Below, one piece after another: positions 51,103-60,993 of a stretch of DNA of 64,000 bases (positions are counted from its first letter, which is position 1; each line of letters opens with the position of its first letter). Under the pieces are notes generated by a model, which saw only the letters and a list, made by a program, of their open reading frames with translations, had not been told where the DNA came from and searched no databases. The DNA is taken from positions 114,975 through 178,974 of the forward strand of contig CBFGKC010000006.1 of assembly GCA_965649265.1 (NCBI GenBank), given 5' to 3'. A program made the translations under genes and the position numbers. The DNA comes from a candidate division WOR-3 bacterium. GTDB taxonomy: Bacteria; Hydrothermota; Tepidihabitantia; B3-TA06.

Positions 51103-51828
51103 TTAGTTATCGGTAAGTTTGAAATTTACGGGAACCGAAATCTTGACGGCCAGCGGTTTTTCGCCCTGCATTGCCGGTGTAAAGCGCGCGTTGCGAACGG
51201 CTTCCTCCGCGGCGTTATCAAGCTCTTCATATCCGGAACTCTTCAATATTTGTGTGTCGAAGACAAGCCCTTGTTCGTCCAGTGCCGCACCGACTATGAC
51301 CAATCCCTCAACTTCCAATTTACGCATCCGTTCAGGATACTTGATATCCATTCCCCCGATAAGTTGCGGTTTTTTTGCACTTGCAGGTAAAAAGGGGACA
51401 TCGTTGATGGTTCTGATGATTCTGTCGCCGCCGATGATTCCGGGGTCAATCAAATTTGTATTTCCAGGGAGAATGGAATCAGCGGTCTGGCCAGGTGCAG
51501 CTTTCTCAATCTGGACCACTTTGTTGTCGATGGGAGGAGGAGTGTTGGGGTAGTTCTCGACGGTGATTCCGCCCCAGTCGATGATATCGCTGCCTGAAAC
51601 CGGTTTAACGTTCAGGGGTTTGATCGTAAAGCTTCCAAGGAACGCGAAAATTAGTATAGACGCTCCCAGCGCTCCAATCACTCCCACTTGCAGTCTTTCG
51701 GTTGCATGTTCGCGGATGGTGGCAATTTTTGCTTGCATTTCATCCTCCTTTGCATTGTTATACATCTTGTCCCAAGGTTTATTCCGCTCTCCATGATTTG
51801 TAATCGTGAATCGCATAAGCTTATGCAA
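51103..51828 (-). CDS. TonB-family protein (C-terminal TonB domain)
   Basis: One TM (VGVIGALGASILIFAFLGSF). C-terminal ...YPERMRKLEVEGLVIVGAALDEQGLV...NAAEEAVRNARFTPAMQGEKPLAVKISVPVNFKL. The true start may be an internal Met. Confidence 0.7.
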   Translation of the reverse strand: MHKLMRFTITNHGERNKPWDKMYNNAKEDEMQAKIATIREHATERLQVGVIGALGASILIFAFLGSFTIKPLNVKPVSGSDIIDWGGITVENYPNTPPPIDNKVVQIEKAAPGQTADSILPGNTNLIDPGIIGGDRIIRTINDVPFLPASAKKPQLIGGMDIKYPERMRKLEVEGLVIVGAALDEQGLVFDTQILKSSGYEELDNAAEEAVRNARFTPAMQGEKPLAVKISVPVNFKLTDN

Positions 51829-51845
51829 ATGCGCCCCCGGCGCTA

Positions 51846-52170
51846 GCCCTCCTCAGACCCCCTCAGACCCTCCTCAGACCCTCCTCAGACTATCCTCAGA
51901 CTATCCTCAGACTATTGGGGGCTCAACACCTTGCAGAATTCTATTCTGCGCATGCGCCTCCGGCGCTAGCCCTTTGGATAAGTAGAAATGAAATGGCGGA
52001 AGCGCAGCTTGCGCCCAGCGCCTCCGGCGCTCCTCCTTAGATCGGTAATAGTGAAATCGCAGAAACCCCATGGGCTTCTGCGCATGCGCCTCCGGCGCTA
52101 GCCCTTTGGATAAGTAGAAATGAAATGGCGGAAGCGCAGCTTGCGCCCAGCGCCTCCGGCGCTAGCCCTG
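51846..52170. repeat. Composite repeat island: 6 copies of CCTCAGA (10-11 bp period) followed by an 86-bp GC-hairpin unit duplicated at 132-bp spacing
   Basis: CCTCAGA at 51851, 51861, 51872, 51883, 51894 and 51905. An identical 86-mer occurs at 51946-52031 and 52078-52163. Related to 14790-14855. Confidence 0.9.
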
Positions 52171-52260
52171 ACTCAACACACAGTCGAAACAATCTGAATA
52201 GCATCTTCCTAAGTCATCTATAATATGCGGAGCTTTTTTTGTAAGTATTTATGCCGCATA

Positions 52261-52288
52261 TTGACAAATTACCCTTACATCGTATCAT
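52261..52288 (+). promoter_or_regulatory. sigma70-type promoter TTGACA-N16-TATCAT
   Basis: TTGACA 52261-52266, TATCAT 52283-52288. GAAGGAGGAG RBS before ATG 52314. Confidence 0.5.
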
Positions 52289-52313
52289 TTTGCAAACGAG
52301 AAGGAGGAGTATT

Positions 52314-53723
52314 ATGAAACCTATGTGTTTTCTTTCAATAACGTTTTCGTGTATATTTTTTTTCCTCTCCACGGTCGTACGCGCCGAGGATGTTCCCGTT
52401 AACGTCTGGAACAAGGTCTATGATTCAGGCAAGAACGACGTACCTTACGCTATTGCGGTGGATGATTCGGGCTACGTTTACGTCGCGGGACTTTATTACA
52501 ATGGTGAGAACAGCGATTTCAGAACCATAAAATTCGACCCGGACGGGGAGATTGCATGGAACAAAACATTCGGGCCTGCAACCGAAGATATTGCCTGGGC
52601 GGTTGCGGTCAGCAGTACGGGTTCGGTATACGTTGCAGGTGAATCCAAGGATGCCTACGAACTGGTCAAATATGACTCGAAAGGAACCGAACTCTGGAAC
52701 AAATCATACGAATCCCAGTATAAATATTCGGACGCGGCGTACGGGATAGCCCTGGATGAGGATAACGGTTTTTGTTACCTTACCGGCAAGGTTCACAACA
52801 CGGCTACCGGAAACAACGATTACAGGACAATAAAATGCGATACATCCGGCAACAAGAAATGGGACAACAAATACGATTCGGGCGCAGATGACTGCGCATA
52901 CGGGGTGACAGTAGACAAAGACGGTAACGCTTACGTGACAGGCGGCATCAACTCCGACACGAGTGTGATGACCGTCAAGTATGGTCCTACCGGAAATACC
53001 GTCTGGAAAAAAACATACTCCGGAGGCGATAAAAATGTTGGATATTCCATAATAACAGATAATGGCGGTTCTTTTTATGTCGCCGGAATGTCGAAAAGCA
53101 GTGCCGGGAATATGGATTATCGCACCGTCAAATACGATCTTGCCGGAAATATGAAATGGGAGAAGCTATATGGATCGAGTAACAATGAGTTTGCCTGTGA
53201 TGTTGCGCTTGATGACAAGGGTTTCTTGTACGTAACAGGTTCATATTACGAGGGGTCATATCCTTTCTCCAGAACCATGAAGTACGATTCTCTTGGAAAC
53301 ATCCAGTGGGAGTTTGCTTATGATCAAGGCTCGAGGGAAGAAAGCGAGGGCGTAGCCGTGGATGCTGACGGGAACATCTACATCATCTGTAAATCTTACA
53401 ACGGCAAGGATAACGATTTCAGGCTTTTAAAATATCGGCAGTCTTCAGGGATAGCGGAAACGTTTTTTAAACCTGAAGATATGAATCTGGAACTTGAAAA
53501 TAAAGGATCCTTTTGGACTGTAGCCTACTCTCTTGTGGATTCCGGCCCAATAGAGCTGTCGATTTTTGATGTCAGAGGTACGAGGGTTGCAACGTTAGAT
53601 CACGGTTTTCGAAGCTCAGGCACACACTCTCTTGTCTGGATTCCGGAGGTAAATGGGGTATATTTCCTTAAGCTTTCGAAAGGGGCGAGCGTCGAAAACA
53701 GGAAAGTAGTGGTAATTCGCTAG
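52314..53723 (+). CDS. SBBP-like beta-propeller repeat protein with T9SS-type C-terminal domain
   Basis: ATG 52314 (MKPMCFLSITFSCIFFFLSTVVRA); the track starts at 52251. Repeats YAIAVDDSGYVYVAG...DFRTIKFDPDGEIAW and YGVTVDKDGNAYVTG...TVKYGPTGNTVW. C-terminus IELSIFDVRGTRV...GVYFLKLSKGASVENRKVVVIR. Confidence 0.75.
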   Translation: MKPMCFLSITFSCIFFFLSTVVRAEDVPVNVWNKVYDSGKNDVPYAIAVDDSGYVYVAGLYYNGENSDFRTIKFDPDGEIAWNKTFGPATEDIAWAVAVSSTGSVYVAGESKDAYELVKYDSKGTELWNKSYESQYKYSDAAYGIALDEDNGFCYLTGKVHNTATGNNDYRTIKCDTSGNKKWDNKYDSGADDCAYGVTVDKDGNAYVTGGINSDTSVMTVKYGPTGNTVWKKTYSGGDKNVGYSIITDNGGSFYVAGMSKSSAGNMDYRTVKYDLAGNMKWEKLYGSSNNEFACDVALDDKGFLYVTGSYYEGSYPFSRTMKYDSLGNIQWEFAYDQGSREESEGVAVDADGNIYIICKSYNGKDNDFRLLKYRQSSGIAETFFKPEDMNLELENKGSFWTVAYSLVDSGPIELSIFDVRGTRVATLDHGFRSSGTHSLVWIPEVNGVYFLKLSKGASVENRKVVVIR

Positions 53724-53753
53724 TTTCCAAACAGGGGCTTTATAATAACTATT

Positions 53754-53781
53754 AATCGGTGCGAAGCTAAGCCGATTTTTT
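53754..53781 (+). terminator. Rho-independent terminator candidate
   Basis: AATCGG / 12-nt loop / CCGATT followed by TTTTT. Lies 31 nt after the stop codon. Confidence 0.5.
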
Positions 53782-53794
53782 AGTCACGGAGGCC

Positions 53795-53822
53795 TTGACT
53801 AAATGCTGAATGTTGGTATATT
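53795..53822 (+). promoter_or_regulatory. sigma70-type promoter TTGACT-N16-TATATT
   Basis: TTGACT 53795-53800, TATATT 53817-53822. GGAGG RBS before ATG 53888. Confidence 0.5.
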
Positions 53823-53887
53823 TTCAAGAGTAATCTAGTCGTGTTGGGAATAAGAGGGCCAGAAAACAATAAAACTTTGGAGGTTAT

Positions 53888-55546
53888 ATGTCAAAAAACA
53901 AGTTTTTGTTACTGTGCATAGTTACCCTCGTGACAATGAGTTCCGGGTATGCTGTTTTGCCTCCGGAGGAGGTTTGGAACGTACCATACAGCTCAGGGGA
54001 CTTCGTGAGAGGTTATGATCTCGCAGTTGATGCACAGGGAAATGTATTCGTCGCAGGCGAGTACGATAACGGCATGGATAATGATTTTCTTATCATCAAA
54101 TATGACCCTTCAGGTACGGTATTGTGGTACAGGATTTTCGACTCCGGTGGAAATGATGAACCGCAGTCGATAATCCTTGACGCCGGCGGTAACGTTTACG
54201 TCTGCGGCTCTTTCGTGGATACTCTCGTACCCGGAACCGTTCACGCAAGACTTCTTAAGTACAATTCCGCCGGGGACAGCCTTTTAAACGCATCGTACGG
54301 TTTTTCGGCTTTCACCAGGCTGTACGCCGTAACCATTGATAAATCGGGCGGCCTTTATCTGGCCGGCTACACGACGAATCCATCGAACTCGGATTTTCTA
54401 TTCATGCAATGCGATACGATTACCGGCGACACTCTCTGGACAAAAGTTTATGATTCAGGAAGGGAAGAGAGTGTCTACGGTATTGCGGTCGATACGCTCG
54501 GTAACATTTTCGTGACCGGGACTGCAGGAGCAGATGCCGATACCACGGACGTAAGGACCATTAAATACGGTCCTACTCGCACTATTTTGTGGAACGAGCT
54601 CTACAACTCCGGCAGCTACGATGACGCCGGGGATCTTTCGCTTGACGGACAGGGCAACGTTTACGTCGGCCTTTCGAGCTACAACTCGTCAGGGAATGCC
54701 GACTATAGATTAATCAAGTACGACTCCGGCGGTGGTATTGTCTGGAACAAATATTATGACGCCGGCTCCGAGGACTGGCTGAATGACGTGATTTGCGATG
54801 AATCGGGTAACGCCTACATAACCGGTATGTCACTAAGCGGGCCGACCAACAGTGACATAAGAACCATGAAATATACACCTGACGGGGATATCGAATGGTA
54901 TAAGGTCTACGACTCTGGAACCCGTTTCAACGCCTTGTTAGGAGATGGTGCCAGTGGCATTGTTCTTGACGGACTCGGCTATGTTTATGTTACTGGTTAC
55001 TACGCGACACCAGGCAGCGTGAGTATCCGCACAATAAAGTACAGGCAGTTTTTTACCATAGCCGGTAAAACAAGTCAGCCCTATGCTACCTTGAATCTTG
55101 ATGGAGCCGTTACTGCCCAGACAATGTCCGATTCGAACGGCTACTACCAGTTTCTCGATCTTTCTTGCGGAAAGGATTACACGGTTACACCCAGTCTTGA
55201 TGGTTATACCTTTGAACCGTCATACAGGAAATATTCTCCTCTTATAAGCCACATGTTTCTTGAGGATTACACTGCTACACCGACTGGAATTGAAGACCTT
55301 TCGCAAATACGAGCAATTTCGCTCGAGGTATCCGCAAATAATGTAAGATACACTATCGATGAGCCCGGATTCGTAAAGCTTAGCGTTTACGATGCATGCG
55401 GCCGCAATGTTGCGTCCCTTTTCGAAGGCATCCTTTCACCGGGAGAGTTCAATGCCGACTGGAAACCACAGGCTGCCGGGGTCTACTTCGTCAAGTTGGA
55501 CGTGTCGAACAAATCGGTAACAAAAAAGATAACTTTCATAAAGTAA
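53888..55546 (+). CDS. SBBP-like beta-propeller repeat protein with carboxypeptidase-regulatory-like module and T9SS-type C-terminal domain
   Basis: Repeats YDLAVDAQGNVFVAG...DFLIIKYDPSGTVLW and YGIAVDTLGNIFVTG...RTIKYGPTRTILW. ...GKTSQPYATLNLDG...TMSDSNGYYQFLDL... C-terminus VKLSVYDACGRNV...GVYFVKLDVSNKSVTKKITFIK. Confidence 0.75.
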   Translation: MSKNKFLLLCIVTLVTMSSGYAVLPPEEVWNVPYSSGDFVRGYDLAVDAQGNVFVAGEYDNGMDNDFLIIKYDPSGTVLWYRIFDSGGNDEPQSIILDAGGNVYVCGSFVDTLVPGTVHARLLKYNSAGDSLLNASYGFSAFTRLYAVTIDKSGGLYLAGYTTNPSNSDFLFMQCDTITGDTLWTKVYDSGREESVYGIAVDTLGNIFVTGTAGADADTTDVRTIKYGPTRTILWNELYNSGSYDDAGDLSLDGQGNVYVGLSSYNSSGNADYRLIKYDSGGGIVWNKYYDAGSEDWLNDVICDESGNAYITGMSLSGPTNSDIRTMKYTPDGDIEWYKVYDSGTRFNALLGDGASGIVLDGLGYVYVTGYYATPGSVSIRTIKYRQFFTIAGKTSQPYATLNLDGAVTAQTMSDSNGYYQFLDLSCGKDYTVTPSLDGYTFEPSYRKYSPLISHMFLEDYTATPTGIEDLSQIRAISLEVSANNVRYTIDEPGFVKLSVYDACGRNVASLFEGILSPGEFNADWKPQAAGVYFVKLDVSNKSVTKKITFIK

Positions 55547-55574
55547 CTGTTTTTTCTAAACACAAGGATTTGAG

Positions 55575-55609
55575 CAGGGGCGTTCATGAACCGCCCCTGT
55601 CTCTTTTTG
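55575..55609 (+). terminator. Rho-independent terminator
   Basis: CAGGGGCG / ttcatgaac / CGCCCCTG followed by TCTCTTTTTGT. Lies 29 nt after the stop codon. Confidence 0.7.
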
Positions 55610-55684
55610 TACTGAAACGGTATCTTCTTGGAATTTCTGCACGACCAGGGACGTAAGGCGCATTTCGTTTTTTAATAGATTCTG

Positions 55685-55712
55685 TTGACACTGCGTATGC
55701 AATACATATAAT
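55685..55712 (+). promoter_or_regulatory. Consensus sigma70 promoter TTGACA-N16-TATAAT for the V-ATPase genes (near-leaderless)
   Basis: TTGACA 55685-55690, TATAAT 55707-55712. ATG 55722 is 9 nt after the -10. No SD. Confidence 0.6.
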
Positions 55713-55721
55713 CTTTTTAAG

Positions 55722-56708
55722 ATGGTCGGCTATACCCCCTCTGAAGACCCGCGTTACGCATTTGTCATCGGTCGCGTAAGATCGCGGGAAGCTCGTATGT
55801 TGAATCGCCAGCAGTTCGACAGGCTGCTCGAGGCTCGTACCGAGAGTCAGATGCTTTCAAATCTAGCGGATACACCCTACTCGGAAACTCGCGCCGAAGA
55901 CATTGAAACCATGCTTATGCGTGCCGCGTCAGAGGAGGAGGCGTTCTTCTACCGGTATCTTGAAAATGAAAGGATACTTGACTTTTTTAAGGCACCTGAT
56001 AGAGCCTCTAATCTTAAATTTGCGTTGAGACGCAAGTACCGGGGGGAGGTGGAGGATTCACTTTTTATTTCTGACGCTCCTTCCTCAATGGAGGTGTTAG
56101 CCAGGTATCTTGAAGGAGAGTCCGTTATAGTCCCTGACTGGATGCGCGCTGCGGCCGGGAAAGTGGTCGCGGCGAATATCGAAAAAATCGATCCATCGAG
56201 CATAGATGTGATTGTGGATTCGGCTCTGATTATGCATCAACATACCCTTTCAGAGGGGTCTTCTTTTCTTGAGAAGCTGCTGTCGTTAAGGGTCGATTTT
56301 GCCAACCTTCTTGCTTTTTTACGAATAAAGGTTTCAGGGGAGGAGGGGGATGAATTCTCGAAAACGTTTCTTCCTTACGGTACGATTTCAATCGCTCGTT
56401 TCAACTCATGGTCGCAGCTGGGTTGGGATTCCTTGCCGCGGGAGGTAAAAAAAACAGAGATTTTCAAAAAACTAGAAGAAGGATTAAAGGAACTGCCGGA
56501 TAGTTTTCTTTTACTCGAACGTGAAATCAAGGAGGAGGAACTCTCATACCTTTTGTCGACAAGACGATTGGTTTTTGGATATGAACCCCTGGTGGGTTAC
56601 AGTCTTCTCAAGAGAGAAGAGCGCCGCAACATTCAAAGGGTAGCTACAGGTTTGCGGTACGGTCTTGAAAAAGAAACAATAAGGAAGTCCATTGCCTGGT
56701 TTGACTGA
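55722..56708 (+). CDS. atpC: V/A-type ATP synthase subunit C (V0 d-like)
   Basis: N-terminal ...RYAFVIGRVRSREARMLNRQQFDRLLEA... is typical of A/V-type subunit C. 328 aa. Operon context. Confidence 0.75.
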   Translation: MVGYTPSEDPRYAFVIGRVRSREARMLNRQQFDRLLEARTESQMLSNLADTPYSETRAEDIETMLMRAASEEEAFFYRYLENERILDFFKAPDRASNLKFALRRKYRGEVEDSLFISDAPSSMEVLARYLEGESVIVPDWMRAAAGKVVAANIEKIDPSSIDVIVDSALIMHQHTLSEGSSFLEKLLSLRVDFANLLAFLRIKVSGEEGDEFSKTFLPYGTISIARFNSWSQLGWDSLPREVKKTEIFKKLEEGLKELPDSFLLLEREIKEEELSYLLSTRRLVFGYEPLVGYSLLKREERRNIQRVATGLRYGLEKETIRKSIAWFD

Positions 56709-57018
56709 AATTTGTGTCCTTGGCCCGGAGGAGCTTCTGGAACCATTCAGGGCCGTCGGGCTTGCCGGTTCGGTTGCGGACAAGAGCAGCGCCCTCGAAC
56801 GGGCAAGAACGCTCGCACAGAGTGAGTACAAGATAGTTTTTTATGACGAGGAATTCTATCCGCTCCTCAAGGATTTTCTCCTTAAGCGACCTGGCGGGGT
56901 TTTCCCAACCTACATCCCCGTTCCCTCTCTTTCCGGAGGAGAACGATACGCCATGGAGCGGCTGAGAGAGTTAATAAAAAAGGCCATAGGAGTTGACGTC
57001 TACTTGGAGGCCAAGTGA
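56692..57018 (+). CDS. atpF: V/A-type ATP synthase subunit F
   Basis: About 105 aa. [19 protein letters not shown]...IVFYDEEFY... pattern. The start is TTG 56692 or 56701, overlapping the atpC stop. Confidence 0.7.
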   Translation: MPGLTEICVLGPEELLEPFRAVGLAGSVADKSSALERARTLAQSEYKIVFYDEEFYPLLKDFLLKRPGGVFPTYIPVPSLSGGERYAMERLRELIKKAIGVDVYLEAK

Positions 57019-58787
57019 GAAAAGAAGAAACTGGTCGAATAGTAAAGGTATCGGGCCCGCTGGTCATTGCCGAGGGTATGAGTACCTCAAAGATGTACGA
57101 CGTGGTTAAAGTGTCGGACAAGCGTCTTGTTGGTGAAATTATTGGATTGTCAGGCACTCGTGCCTCGATACAGGTTTACGAGGAGACAGGCGGTATCGGC
57201 CCCGGTGAACCCGTATATCCGACATACGAACCCCTTTCCGTGGAGCTTGGTCCGGGTCTTATTGAGGCCATTTACGACGGGATTCAGCGTCCCCTGTCAG
57301 ATATAGCGGATAAAACGGGAGCCTTCATATCCCGAGGTGTTGAAGTGCCTGCGCTGCCGCGCGACAAGAAATGGGATTTCGTCCCCTCCCTCAAGAAGGG
57401 CGACAAGGTTGGGCCTGGCGATGTGCTCGGAACGGTCAAGGAAACGATACTCATCGAGCACCGTATACTGGTTCCACCGGGTGTATCCGGCGAAATCGTA
57501 GAAATATCAAAAGGCTCGTTTAACGTGGAGTCGACCGTTGCCGTCATCAAATCACCCGAAGGTAAAAGCATCGAAGTCGCAATGATGCAGCGCTGGCCGG
57601 TCAGAAAACCCCGTCCGTATATGCGCAAATATTCGCCATTTGAGATTCTATCCACGGGGCAGCGCGTTGTGGACACGTTCTTCCCGCTCGGAAAGGGTGG
57701 AACCGCATGCGTTCCAGGGCCGTTCGGATCGGGCAAGACCGTCATCCAGCATCAGCTGGCCAAGTGGGCGGATGCCGAAGTGATCGTCTACGTGGGCTGC
57801 GGCGAGCGCGGAAACGAGATGACCGATGTGCTCATAGAGTTCCCGGAACTCAAGGACCCCAAATCGGGCGAGCCCCTTATGAAACGCACGGTGCTCATCG
57901 CCAACACATCGAACATGCCGGTTGCCGCACGGGAAGCGTCGGTCTACACCGGTATTACGATAGCCGAGTACTTCCGTGACATGGGGTATTCGGTTGCCCT
58001 CATGGCCGACTCAACCTCGCGCTGGGCCGAGGCCATGCGAGAGATTTCCGGACGCCTCGAGGAGATGCCCGGTGAAGAAGGTTATCCTGCATATCTTTCC
58101 GCTCGCATCGCCGAGTTCTACGAACGCGCTGGACTTGTCGAATGTCTGGGCTCGACCTCGAAAAGAGGGGCCCTGTCCGTTATCGGCGCCGTGTCCCCTC
58201 CGGGCGGCGACCTTTCGGACCCGGTCGTTCAAGCCACCTTGCGCGTCGTAAAGGTTTTCTGGTCGCTAGAGGACAAACTGGCCTACGCCCGCCATTTTCC
58301 TGCAATTTCCTGGTTGCGCTCTTACTCCTTATATGTCGATTCGATCTCGGCAAAGCTGCGTGAAGAGATAGGAACTAACTTCCTTGAGGATACGAAGGAA
58401 GCCATGAGACTCTTGCAGGAGGAGGCCGATCTGACCGAGATAGTCCGACTCATCGGCATTGACGCACTTTCACCTAACGAACGCCTCATTATGGAAGCGG
58501 CGCGTTCGATTCGCGAGGACTTTCTGCACCAGAACGCGTTCCACGAGATTGACACGTACGCCAGCCTTGATAAACAGGCACGTATGCTTTCCCTTGTTCT
58601 CTGCTACTACAAAGAAACCAAGAAGGCACTCGAACAGGGAGCACTTCTTGAAGATCTCGTCAGCCTCCAGGTTCGTGAAAAGATTGCCCGAGCTCGCTAC
58701 CTGCCTGAGAGCGAGCGCGAAACCATCACTAAAACCGAGGAGGAGGTTATCGCTGAAATCGCTTCCTTAAAGAAGGAGGTCTCCTGA
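57015..58787 (+). CDS. atpA: V/A-type ATP synthase catalytic subunit A
   Basis: Walker [10 protein letters not shown]. ...[11 protein letters not shown]..., ...[13 protein letters not shown]... 590 aa. GTG start after GGAGG, overlapping the atpF stop. Confidence 0.9.
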   Translation: MRKEETGRIVKVSGPLVIAEGMSTSKMYDVVKVSDKRLVGEIIGLSGTRASIQVYEETGGIGPGEPVYPTYEPLSVELGPGLIEAIYDGIQRPLSDIADKTGAFISRGVEVPALPRDKKWDFVPSLKKGDKVGPGDVLGTVKETILIEHRILVPPGVSGEIVEISKGSFNVESTVAVIKSPEGKSIEVAMMQRWPVRKPRPYMRKYSPFEILSTGQRVVDTFFPLGKGGTACVPGPFGSGKTVIQHQLAKWADAEVIVYVGCGERGNEMTDVLIEFPELKDPKSGEPLMKRTVLIANTSNMPVAAREASVYTGITIAEYFRDMGYSVALMADSTSRWAEAMREISGRLEEMPGEEGYPAYLSARIAEFYERAGLVECLGSTSKRGALSVIGAVSPPGGDLSDPVVQATLRVVKVFWSLEDKLAYARHFPAISWLRSYSLYVDSISAKLREEIGTNFLEDTKEAMRLLQEEADLTEIVRLIGIDALSPNERLIMEAARSIREDFLHQNAFHEIDTYASLDKQARMLSLVLCYYKETKKALEQGALLEDLVSLQVREKIARARYLPESERETITKTEEEVIAEIASLKKEVS

Positions 58788-60295
58788 TGCCCCGTAACAC
58801 CCGTAACACACCCAATCCCTCCCATAACACCTCCCAAACTCTTGAGGAAACCTCTGGTTTAAAGCCTACTGTGGAAGATAAACCCAAGGGTATAATCGAT
58901 TACCAGACGATTACCTCTGTTTCTGGTCCACTCCTTCTCGTTGAGGGAGTCGAAGGAGTCAAGTATGAGGAGCTTGTTGAGATATTCCTTCCCTCAGGCG
59001 AACGCCGCAGGGGAAGGGTGCTTGAGGTTAACCAGGACAAGGCGCTCATACAGATATTTGAGGGTTCCTCGGGAATCGAGATAGGCCAGACAAGGGTACG
59101 CTTTCTTGGCAAGGGCATAACCTTGGGGGTCTCCGAGGAACTTCTCGGCCGCGTATTCGACGGCCTGGGCCGCCCGCGCGACAGCTCACCCGAGCTTATC
59201 CCTGAAGAATTTCGCGACATCAACGGTCTTCCAATCAATCCCTTCGCTCGCAGCTACCCCAACGAGTTTATCGAGACAGGCATCTCCGCTATAGACGGAT
59301 TGAACACGCTAGTACGTGGGCAGAAGCTTCCTATCTTCTCCGGTTCCGGTTTGCCGCACAACCGCATGGCGGCTCAGATAGCGCGTCAGGCAAAAGTACT
59401 CGGCGCAGCGGAGGAGTTTGCGGTGGTGTTCGGCGCAATGGGCATCACGTTCGAGGAAGCCCAGTTCTTTATCGATGATTTCCGCCGTACAGGGGCCCTT
59501 GAGCGCGCGGTACTCTTTCTTAACCTTGCGGACGACCCTGCAATCGAGCGAATCGCGACACCGCGTGTTGCGTTCACCGCAGCGGAGTATCTCGCCTTTA
59601 CGAAGAATTATCACGTCCTCGTTATCCTCACAGACCTGACCAATTACTGCGAGGCCCTTCGTGAGATATCCGCCGCCCGAAAGGAGATTCCCGGTCGGCG
59701 CGGTTACCCCGGCTATCTATACACCGATCTTGCCACCATCTACGAGCGATCAGGCCGCATCAAGGATTCGACCGGTTCCATAACCCTCGTTCCCATTCTC
59801 ACCATGCCCGAGGACGACAAGACCCACCCTATTCCAGACCTTACCGGGTATATCACCGAGGGGCAGATCATCCTTTCCCGCGTACTCAATAACAAGAACG
59901 TCGCTCCGCCGGTAGACGTACTCCCCTCCCTCTCCCGTCTCAAGGACAAGGGTATAGGCAAGGGAAAAACTCGCGAGGATCACGCGGATTCGTTTAACCA
60001 GCTTTACGCCGCGTATGCACGAGGCAAGGAAGCCCAGGAACTGGCCGTGATTCTCGGTGAGGCGGCGTTGACCGATATCGACAAGCTTTACATGAAATTT
60101 GCCGAGGCGTTCGAGCGCCGCTACATTTCCCAGGGCGAGTACGAGGCTCGCAGCATCGAGGAGACACTTGATTTGGGTTGGGAGCTTTTGACCAGTCTTC
60201 CGCGTTCGGAGATGAAGCGCGTTCGGGACGAAAACCTTGCAAAGTATTACGATACCGCGTTCGCAAAATTCCAGAAGACCGGGGAGAAATCATAA
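58787..60295 (+). CDS. atpB: V/A-type ATP synthase subunit B (with about 28-35 aa repeat-encoded N-terminal extension, or alternative GTG start at 58871)
   Basis: ...[28 protein letters not shown]... core and ...[19 protein letters not shown]... The ATG overlaps the atpA TGA (TGATG) with AAGGAGG 7 nt upstream. Confidence 0.9.
   Translation: MPRNTRNTPNPSHNTSQTLEETSGLKPTVEDKPKGIIDYQTITSVSGPLLLVEGVEGVKYEELVEIFLPSGERRRGRVLEVNQDKALIQIFEGSSGIEIGQTRVRFLGKGITLGVSEELLGRVFDGLGRPRDSSPELIPEEFRDINGLPINPFARSYPNEFIETGISAIDGLNTLVRGQKLPIFSGSGLPHNRMAAQIARQAKVLGAAEEFAVVFGAMGITFEEAQFFIDDFRRTGALERAVLFLNLADDPAIERIATPRVAFTAAEYLAFTKNYHVLVILTDLTNYCEALREISAARKEIPGRRGYPGYLYTDLATIYERSGRIKDSTGSITLVPILTMPEDDKTHPIPDLTGYITEGQIILSRVLNNKNVAPPVDVLPSLSRLKDKGIGKGKTREDHADSFNQLYAAYARGKEAQELAVILGEAALTDIDKLYMKFAEAFERRYISQGEYEARSIEETLDLGWELLTSLPRSEMKRVRDENLAKYYDTAFAKFQKTGEKS
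58790..58832 (+). repeat. C-rich decamer array (CCGTAACAC x2 plus CCCATAACAC) immediately after the atpA stop, inside the annotated atpB 5' end
   Basis: CCGTAACAC at 58792 and 58801; CCCATAACAC at 58821. Confidence 0.85.
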
Positions 60296-60374
60296 TCGCC
60301 ATCGATTTCTGTAGTGCTTTGAGGGCGCCTGTCAACCTCGCATATGATTACAGAAAACAACTCGGAGGTAAGCG

Positions 60375-60992
60375 ATGAGGCTTAACGTGAATGCGACCAG
60401 AATGGAGCTTCTTAAGCTTCGTCGCAGGCTTGTCATAGCAGAGCGTGGATACAAGTTGCTGAAGGACAAGCTTGAAGAACTCATGCGTAATGTTTATTCG
60501 CTTGTGGACGAGATTCAAGCACTCAGAAAAGAAGTAGAGGAATCCCTTCGCAAGGCAGTTGCCCGTTACGCACTTGCAAAGAATCAGAGAGTACCGAACT
60601 CGACAAGGATAGCCACTTCGCTGCCTTCGGTCAAGCTTTCAGTTGAATCAGGAACAAAACGAATCCTTAACGTGAAGACTCCTACTTTCAAACCCAAGCT
60701 CGAGGGGCGCATTCGTTGTTATGGGTTTCTTGAAACCTCTGGAGAACTTGACCTTTCACTTGCTTCTCTCTATAAGGTTCTCGAAAAGATGGTGCTGCTG
60801 GCCGAAAAGGAAAACACCCTTGAACTCGTCGCTCAAGAAATAGAACGTACTCGCCGCAGGGTCAACGCCCTCGAGTACGTCGTCATTCCGAACATCAAAG
60901 AGACCATTTCTTACATAAACCTGAAGCTGGCCGAAATGGAGAGGGGTAATCTTACACGTCTCATGCGGATTAAGGAAATCATCAGGGGTTAA
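60375..60992 (+). CDS. atpD: V/A-type ATP synthase subunit D
   Basis: MRLNVNATRMELLKLRRRLVIAERGYKLLKDKLEELM... and ...RRRVNALEYVVIP... are typical of subunit D. 205 aa. Confidence 0.85.
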   Translation: MRLNVNATRMELLKLRRRLVIAERGYKLLKDKLEELMRNVYSLVDEIQALRKEVEESLRKAVARYALAKNQRVPNSTRIATSLPSVKLSVESGTKRILNVKTPTFKPKLEGRIRCYGFLETSGELDLSLASLYKVLEKMVLLAEKENTLELVAQEIERTRRRVNALEYVVIPNIKETISYINLKLAEMERGNLTRLMRIKEIIRG

Positions 60993-60993
60993 G

